A stretch of 64,000 nt of DNA from Leucoraja erinacea (Eukaryota): NCBI RefSeq assembly GCF_028641065.1, contig NC_073409.1, positions 7,254,001 to 7,318,000 of the forward strand, given 5' to 3'. The notes under the pieces are model-generated. The model was given only the letters and a program-made list of their open reading frames with translations. It was not told where the DNA came from and did no database searches. Made by a program: the position numbers and the translations under genes. Positions 59,497-64,000 of the stretch are shown one piece after another (position 1 is the first letter of the stretch; every line of letters starts with the position of its first letter).

Positions 59497-62138
59497 TGAT
59501 ATAATTTGGGGACTAAGAAGGCAGATAAAGATAATTTTTGTGTTCTGACTAATTGATCCCCCAGTCAGTGTGACTGAATAAAACTGAATCTGGTCATTAT
59601 TTGCGAGTGAAAGCAGGCTTTGCAATATGCCAACACTTCAAAAGCAGTGATTGAACTCTGACATGCTTAGGGGTGTGTTCTGCAACTGAACGAAAGGCCT
59701 TGTATAAATGCAAATCATTTTTATTTCACTTAGAAAATAGTAATATTGCCAAATGCTGATTCGCTCTCTAGCCTAACTTCCCCGTGGGAAAGCTTGTGAC
59801 TTCTCGCAGTATCCAAGTCTTTTTTTCCCTAAAATCCCTCAGCTGGGTGATCTTGTTTAGCATGTTTAACGTTGGATATGTTTTAAAGCTGTATGTCCAT
59901 CAGTTTTCTTGTTAGTTTGACCGGGTCGTCTTCTGATCAGCATCTGTTCAACGGGTCACCTAAAATCTATTCTGCTTGCCGAGCTACCCATATTGCTTCT
60001 AAACTGATAACTAGTTCACACTTGCATTCTTCGTAGACTAATTCTAGCAAAATGCTCCCCATATAATGTCATTGAGAATCATTCTGTTTACATTGTATGG
60101 AATTATATATTGCCTGAAAAATTGAGATGCCAGCGTCAGGGTTAGAGTTAATGAGTGGCCAAGCACAGTTTACAAGTTCCAGTAAACAGCGCTATTTTCT
60201 ATTCTATGTAGAAGTGTATTGGCATTTCTTTGTTACTGGGTTAGAATCGTGGGAACTGTCTAGTATCACTGTGGGAGTACTGACTGAAGGACTGCTCAGC
60301 ACATTCTAATCAAGGAGAGTTAAGGATAGACACACAATGCTGAAGTAACTCAGCGGGACAGGCAGCATCTCTGGAGAGAAGGAATGTGTGACGTTTAGGG
60401 TCAAGACCATTCTTCAGACTGGTTAAGGATAGGATAGGTACTGAACATTGGCCTTGCCATGAACAAGGCCTGGATAGAGTGAATATGGAAAGGATGTTTC
60501 CACAAGTGGGAGGATATACAACCAGAATAAAAGGATGTGCCTTTAGAAAGGAGAAACAGAGAAACATAGACATAGAAAATAGGTGCAGGAGGGGGCCATT
60601 CGGCTCTTCGAGCCAGCACTGTCATTCATTGTGATCATGGCTGACCGGCCCCAATCTGTAACCCGTGCCTGCCTTCTCCCCATATCCCTTGATTCAACAA
60701 GCTCCTAGAGCTCTATCTAACTCTCTCTTAAATCCATCCAGTGATTTTTGAGATGAGGAATTTATTTTAGCCAGAGCATGGTGAATCTGGAATTCATTGC
60801 CACAGAATGCCGTCAATGCATATTTTTAAGGCAGAGATTGACAGATTCTTGTCGGGAGAAAGCAGGAGAATGGGGTTAAGAGGGAAAGATAGATCAGCTA
60901 TGATTGAAGTTTCAGGATGAGCTTATTCTTGATCTGAGTTGCATATAGTGCAGCAACATTAGATTAAGGAATTGGTATTTTACTGCTTTTTGCTATGTAA
61001 GAATTGAGAGATTTTGTTCCATGTGATTAAAGGCGTGAGACCATGGTAGATATTATGATGGTTTTGCAGCTAGATCAGGTTTATTTTCACAGATTTATTA
61101 CGACATTTAGTTTAGAGACACAGCGTGGAAACAGGCCCTTCGGCACACTGACCATGCCAACCACCAATCCCTGCGCACTATCACTATCATACACACACTA
61201 AGGACAATTTACAATTATACCAAGCCAATTAACCTATAAACCTGTATGTCTTTGGAGTGTGGGAGGTGTTACAATGGAACAGGTTCAAGGATCTAACTCG
61301 TAGAACAGAAAAAGGCTCACTCGTCTCTTTAGTTACAAATCAGTTTTATTGACGAGAGGACAAAAGCAATACGTCTTGGTATGCGTGGACTCCCTCTCCC
61401 TCTCACTCCTCCCTCCCCCCCCCCCCCCCTCTCCATCCACGGTGCTGATCGGGACTCAGACCGTCAGTGAAATCCCTCTCATGCATAAACCTATGGCTTC
61501 TTGGCGCCTGTCTTTATACAGGTAAGAAATCAGCCGTTTAAATAACTGCAGGTAAGTCCTGGCCAATAGCATTGCTCTCAAATTCAAACTCAAACCAAAG
61601 GCAGGGACTGCATCCGAGTGAGCCCCCCCCCCGGTTTGGGAACAAAGCACCATCAGCCGCAGACTGGCACGTAAAGCAATATCAGCACTACAGACTTGCC
61701 GCGCAAAGCAAAGCACACAGCGCTGCCGATTTGGCGGGCAAAGGTATAAACGGAGCGCTGTCAGCTTTGCGCTATGGGTTCTAAATATAGCGCTACCGGC
61801 CCCAGGCACCGCCCATAGTCGGGATCGAACCCGAGTCTCTAGAGCTGCAAGGCCCAACTGTACCACTGCGTCACTGTGCCGCACAAGTCATAACAATGAG
61901 GCATAACAATCCGGTTATATTTGATATGATAGTACAGCGTTCAATTGAAATCAAGATCAGGTAAAGTTCGCTGTTATACAAGAAGATTTTAAACCAGAGC
62001 AAAGTCCTAAAATTCCACTAAAGGACAAAGATAGTTGTTTTACCGTTGAGCTGCCTGTTATGCAGTAAAGAAATCATTTATACGAGAGGTTTGAGGAGGT
62101 GCGATGATCAATGATGCCTTGACTGTTTTATTTTATAG

Positions 62139-62507
<369 letters not shown>

Positions 62508-63020
62508 TAAACCTATTCTATCCATGTACCTGTCCAAATGTTTTTTAAACGTTGTGATTGTACCTGCCTCAATTTCTTCCGCCATCAGCTCTTTCCATAT
62601 ACCTACAACCTTTTGTGTGTCCCTCAAGTTCTTATTTAATTTTTGTCACCTCACCTTAAACCCATGTCCTCTGGCTCTTGATTCCCCCAACTTTGGGTAA
62701 AAGACTGTATCTAGTCTATATATTCCTCTCGTGATCTTATATACCTCTATGGGATCAACCCTCATCCTCCTGCACTCCAAGGAATAAATTCTTAGCCTGC
62801 TCAACCTCTCCCGTTAGCTCAGGCCCTCGAGTCCTGGTAACATCTTTGTAATAGATCCCAGTGTACACTCTAGTGCTTCTGCCAATAACGTAGTTTGCCT
62901 TATTTATTTAAAGTACTTTGCAGCAAAAGGATATTAAAAGTATCTACCCATATAAATATATTCATGAGGTTTGTTAGTTTAAAAAATATATATCTACCAT
63001 GTTCCCACTTTGATCATTAA

Positions 63021-63335
<315 letters not shown>

Positions 63336-64000
63336 TAAACAATCCTCTTATGCTAAAGTCAACATCTTTCCATTGCTGCACATACTATTGAGCCAATATT
63401 GAGCAGACATTTGAGTCGGGAGAGGACAGGCGGCTGACCTTTGCATATAAAGGTGTTGCTGAGAGTCTTGCCAAACGTTGCATCAACTTGAACTTGTCTT
63501 CATGGTGTTGTCAGAGGTCTGTTCTAATAGTCTTTAGTTCGCAGTCATGGAGTTATACCGTGTGGAAACAGGCACTTCAACATGCTCATGAACCAAATGT
63601 ACCAGAGAGACATTGGTTAAATTTGCAGGCGATGTTACAGTAGCAGGGCTCTGCTTCTCCAGAGTCGGGGGAGAAAGTCAGCCTTGTTCCTCCACTTCAG
63701 GCTCCTCAGTAATCCCAATGTTATTGTCCAGCAGTACACAAAGTCCAAGCAATTGAATAATATATAGGAAATCTGCCATCACAGTGCCTTCCACCACAGT
63801 GATTAATGCTGTGGTGGATGTTTGTGTTACATTTTTATTGTGTTTGTGTGTTCTTTATCATTGTACCGCTGCTGACAAATTCATTTCACTTACACTTTAT
63901 GTGCAATGTGACGAATAAAACTGATTGTATTGTATTGTAGAAGGATAAAGAGCATTTATGTCTGCAAATATATTGTGTAACTTCAACATCTCCTGCGTAA

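Overview
Vertebrate genomic DNA from a cartilaginous fish, most likely a skate (Rajidae). The evidence is HE1-type V-SINEs, HER1/CR1 LINEs and an OST-beta gene of the 182-aa skate type. Five protein-coding genes can be reconstructed from GT-AG splice sites: the last two coding exons of UBAP1L (+), single-exon KBTBD13 (-), five-exon RASL12 (+, 279 aa), four-coding-exon SLC51B/OST-beta (-, 182 aa) and the first five coding exons of DPP8 (+) with its CpG-island promoter. The rest is dense in repeats: a 5'-truncated CR1/HER1 LINE, SINEs, Penelope-type foldback elements, a Tigger-like MITE and Rex1/L2 fragments. There is one 263-nt assembly gap. Three observations stand out. (1) A ~125-nt TSD-flanked retroelement starts exactly with a compact HDV/CPEB3-like ribozyme fold (55045-55095). 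(2) SLC51B intron 1 hides a ricin-B/mannose-receptor CysR-like exon, one nucleotide out of frame, plus a duplicated stalk exon, suggesting a lost or cryptic lectin-bearing OST-beta. (3) Many short foldback elements carry minimal hammerhead-like cores and variable-length TSDs. All homology calls are from recalled sequences, not database searches.
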